Assembly (NCBI RefSeq): GCF_052425735.1 | Contig: NC_135767.1 | Coordinates: 7,998,001-8,062,000 of the forward strand | Reading direction: 5' to 3' | Source of the DNA: Oculina patagonica | Taxonomy: Eukaryota | DNA length: 64,000 nucleotides | In this document: in pieces, positions 60,624 to 64,000 of the stretch | Layout: each line of letters starts with the position of its first letter | How positions within the stretch are numbered: the first letter of the stretch is position 1 | Notes under the pieces: model-generated | What the model was told of the DNA's origin: nothing | Databases searched by the model: none | Seen by the model: the letters and a program-made list of their open reading frames with translations, nothing else | Made by a program: the position numbers and the translations under genes

Positions 60624-61378
60624 GTTGTAAATGATTCGCGAAACACGCCGCACGGCCGCATTTTGTGAAGAACCAGCCACAAGCTTTGAGCAGTTTGTTT
60701 TCTAGTTGTCAAGTAAACAACGTGCAAGTTTTCATGGGCCAGAATTCAGTCGGTTTTTACTGAACAGGCTAGTTTTCTATCCTGTGTTGTTCTAAAATTC
60801 CTAAGAACTTCAAGGACTCGTGTTAAATTCGAATTCCACTTGACATTTTCAGCTTGTGAATTTCTGAACTTTGATGGTTTCTGAACTTGATACTTTGACA
60901 TTGGTTTGACAGCTGTTGACAGCTGTTGGCTTATTCAACCAATAGAATTCTTTCAACCATTCTAACAAGCTTTGTGATTGGCTAATTGTTGCGTACTTTA
61001 TCAGTGTACAAATGTATCGGTCACCATCTTAAGGCGTATCGTGGATGCGGAAACCACAAAGTGCGGCAGTTTTTCGGGACTTTTGCATGTATTAAAGTGT
61101 CAAATACATGAGAAGTCCTATCAGTAAGTCAAACACATACGTGTAGAAAAATGCTTACATACAAGAATTTAATACAACATAGTTAACAGCACCTTTAATA
61201 AAGGTTAAAGTTAGCTAGAGAAACTTCGATCTACGACGAAATTTCTGCAGCCAAAATGTGCAAAGTTTAGGCTATTTAAAATTAGCAAGAGGCAAAAAAC
61301 CAGATGCCCCGGCAGGCTAAATTGATATTAAATGAAATGTTCAAACGTTCTCGCTGAATTGCATTTACTTTTTTGCAG

Positions 61379-61489
61379 ATGACAGTTGCGCCAGCTCTCC
61401 ATGCAATAACAATGGTGTTTGTACAAGTTTCGTTGGTGGGTATAACTGCACTTGTTCGCCGGGATTCTATGGAGAGAACTGTGAGATAA
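61379..61489 (+). CDS. EGF-like exon (duplicate)
   Basis: [36 protein letters not shown]; canonical splice sites. Confidence 0.75.
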   Translation: MTVAPALHAITMVFVQVSLVGITALVRRDSMERTVR

Positions 61490-62267
61490 GTAAGTTAAAA
61501 GAAGGTAAAACGATCCTGCAAGAAGACATATGAGTGTTGTGTTGTGTGTGAAAATATTTTATATATCTCCAATCACATTCAGTGTTATCAATGTAATAGC
61601 TTAATTATAGATATAAGGCCTTTATTGGTTTTCTGGGATTTTAAATAAATTATTGACACCAGAAAAGAGTCTTTTGCAAGCTACCGAGAAGAAATGAAAA
61701 TTACGACCCGCCAAGCCCCACCTTTCTTTTCCCAATCTTTTGGGTGGAGCTGCAAGCATTTGGCACCACGTCGTCATGTTAGTTAAATAACTTTGTCCTA
61801 TAATAATCCTTTGTTTAACCCCCCAGTTCTTGACGACGTTTGTGCCAAATATGTGCCGCAACTTTCGTTACTTTGACAATTACTTTGAGCAATGTGATAT
61901 ACCCATTTCTTATTCATAACAAAATAACTTTAGAATAACAGAATAACTTTATTGCTATATTTTTTGCCCAGTAGTACCATATGAAAATGGTTTAAATTTG
62001 GAAAGTACTCGATTTGAAAGTTAGAACCACATTGTTCAGCATAATAAACAGCACCACATGAAAATAAACAAGGCAAAGTCTGTTCTTAGTCGGACATTTT
62101 GGAGCAAAATTATCTCAAAAAGTTTCACTTAAAATGCTTTTTCTTGACAAATCACGAACCACGCTCACCCTCACGCTTCACCCTTGTGTTCTTGTTTCAC
62201 CCACGCTATGTCCCACTGTACCACGTGTTTTGCAGGCTAGCTTTTCAATTACTTTTTTATCCATTAG

Positions 62268-62381
62268 TTGCTGACAACTGCGCCAGCTCTCCATGCGGAA
62301 ATAATGGTAATTGTAGTAGTTTTACTGGTGGGTACAACTGTACTTGTCGCCCGGGATTTACTGGAGGAAACTGTGAGATAG
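62268..62381 (+). CDS. EGF-like exon (duplicate, more diverged)
   Basis: [37 protein letters not shown]; canonical splice sites. Confidence 0.75.
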   Translation: MLTTAPALHAEIMVIVVVLLVGTTVLVARDLLEETVR

Positions 62382-64000
62382 GTAAGTTGAATAAATGGCA
62401 AACGAGTTTTTACTTTTATTCTTTCAGTTCTTATGATTGGTAACAACTTTAAACCTAACTATTTAACCGTAGCGTCCTCCGCAGTGCAGGAAGAGAGAGA
62501 GCCCTGGGGAGGGAAAATTGAACCGATTCTCCCCAATCCTTTCCAATGACTATTCTTCCCCCCCCCCCTCCCCCCCCCCCCCAGTACTCTCCATCCCCAT
62601 GCCACAGCTTTTGGGGGTTGAGTTTCTTGGTTCTTGCCGTTCAGTTTGTAATAATTTTAGCAGCAAGAAAAGCTTTATATTCCGTTTAGTAGAAGCTCAG
62701 CTTCTGCTAAAGTGAAGTACCAACTGCAGAAAATATCTCAACCGCCGTTCATAGCTGTAGTAACGCTGCGATTCGTCCCGACTTTAGCATAGGATTTGTC
62801 AAGTGTATGGTTAAAAATTTTTATTGCCAAGAATTTCTCCGACTGCAATAAACTCTCATATATATTTTGCATTAAATCTGACAGTGAGGACCAGTTTGTC
62901 TAAAATACATTACAATTAAAAATTGTACAGAAAGTTTTCAGGCAACATGCGTTTCACGATATACTTCTTCAAAATCAGCTATGATTAAAGGACAAAAAAA
63001 CACGAAACGAATTTGCGGCATTAATAAGTGAGTCGTAGCTTTAACTATATAATCAACCGAGTATTTCAGTGGCAGTATTATTTTAATTTTCAGCAGGCCC
63101 GGGGAACCTAGCTGAGTTGTCAGATGCATCGATCATACACTCCATGCTTGGAACTAACTTTTCGAACCCGACGAAGGTTGGGACCACGTTTGGCTTTTGG
63201 ATGTAGCTATTCCGCGAAACAGTTCTGTTCATTCGAGAAGATACCAGTCATAAAAATAATAAAATAAAAAATAAAATAAAAATAATAAAATAAAAATTAT
63301 TTATTATTTAATTAATAAGAATGGATATATCTAACTCATTTGCGATTTTGATACTTTTTATGAAAAAAATCGGCGGACCTGGACCTTTTCGAGAAATTCG
63401 TAGTTGTCTGACATTACAATTTTCCTACACCTTGCTATATAAATGAAATTTGAGGAGTCTTTGTGGACTAATTCAAAGAGTATTGTAATAAATACTTGCC
63501 CGACCGTGCGTTTAACTGACATTAGAAGAGTTTTGCATTCCGTTTAGAATTGTAACGGTTAGTGAAGTAGAGATGAAAAAAGATGTGAAAAATGAAAAAG
63601 TTTTGCTAACTGATCATAGTTTGATAAATATGCTTTACTAAAGGAGATGTCAGTGTATAATAGCATGAATTTCTATCTCTGCAATTAGCTCAAATAATTC
63701 GCAGCCCACTGAAAATTTTGTTTGAAATCTGGTAATTAGTTGCAAACTCGTCTTGTTTCTTGCAGCTTTTTCAAGATAATCCGATAAATCTTAATAGAAA
63801 ATGACAGTTTAAGCAGGTTTTATAGAACACTGCGGATTTATACGGCTGCAACTAAATGAATTTGCATTTCTTACAGCACCCGATGACTTTTTGCCCTTTC
63901 TTTGATCCTCCCTGTCGTTATGTGCTCTCCCCCCATTAATGTTGTTTCAGAGGTGATTGTTATCACAAATAAACCAGAATTGATTTCTCCTTGACCCGCC

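Larger units (their letters stand above)
57075..62500 (+). repeat. Tandem duplication of about 50070-55720 (offset about 7.0 kb)
   Basis: Nearly identical up to about 61770. Duplicated exons: 57079-57283 (5'-truncated F5/8C), 58466-58604, EGF 61379-61489, EGF 62268-62381. Confidence 0.95.

Overview
AT-rich, intron-containing animal genomic DNA. The repeat families and genes suggest a cnidarian, probably a stony coral (inference). There are two assembly gaps (21681-21921, 25114-25275). (1) An expanded cluster of intronless multi-pass membrane genes of the CECR6/TMEM121 family: six intact copies and one pseudogene. Their promoters repeatedly carry STAT-type GAS (TTCN3GAA) and NF-kB-type motifs. 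A two-gene block is tandemly duplicated (about 1377-5450 and 6231-18365). The second gene of the duplicate is split by a nested transposon stack: tandem Helitron2/Helentron-like elements containing a Penelope-like element with hammerhead ribozyme motifs, a SINE and several MITEs. (2) Fragmented copies of a modular cell-surface gene. A minus-strand 3' half (HYR, EGF x4, S/T stalk, SEA-like domain, TM, NxxY tail; frameshifted) lies at 19.9-30.7 kb. A plus-strand 5' half (signal peptide, F5/8C, EGF, EGF, HYR) lies at 48-56.6 kb and is followed by a near-identical 7-kb tandem duplication. Several decayed copies of its promoter and first exon lie at 35-48 kb. (3) A BEL/Pao LTR retrotransposon with almost identical LTRs but a shattered interior, plus Crypton relics, further MITEs and a 178-bp tandem repeat. 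All family assignments come from motif recognition; no database search was run.
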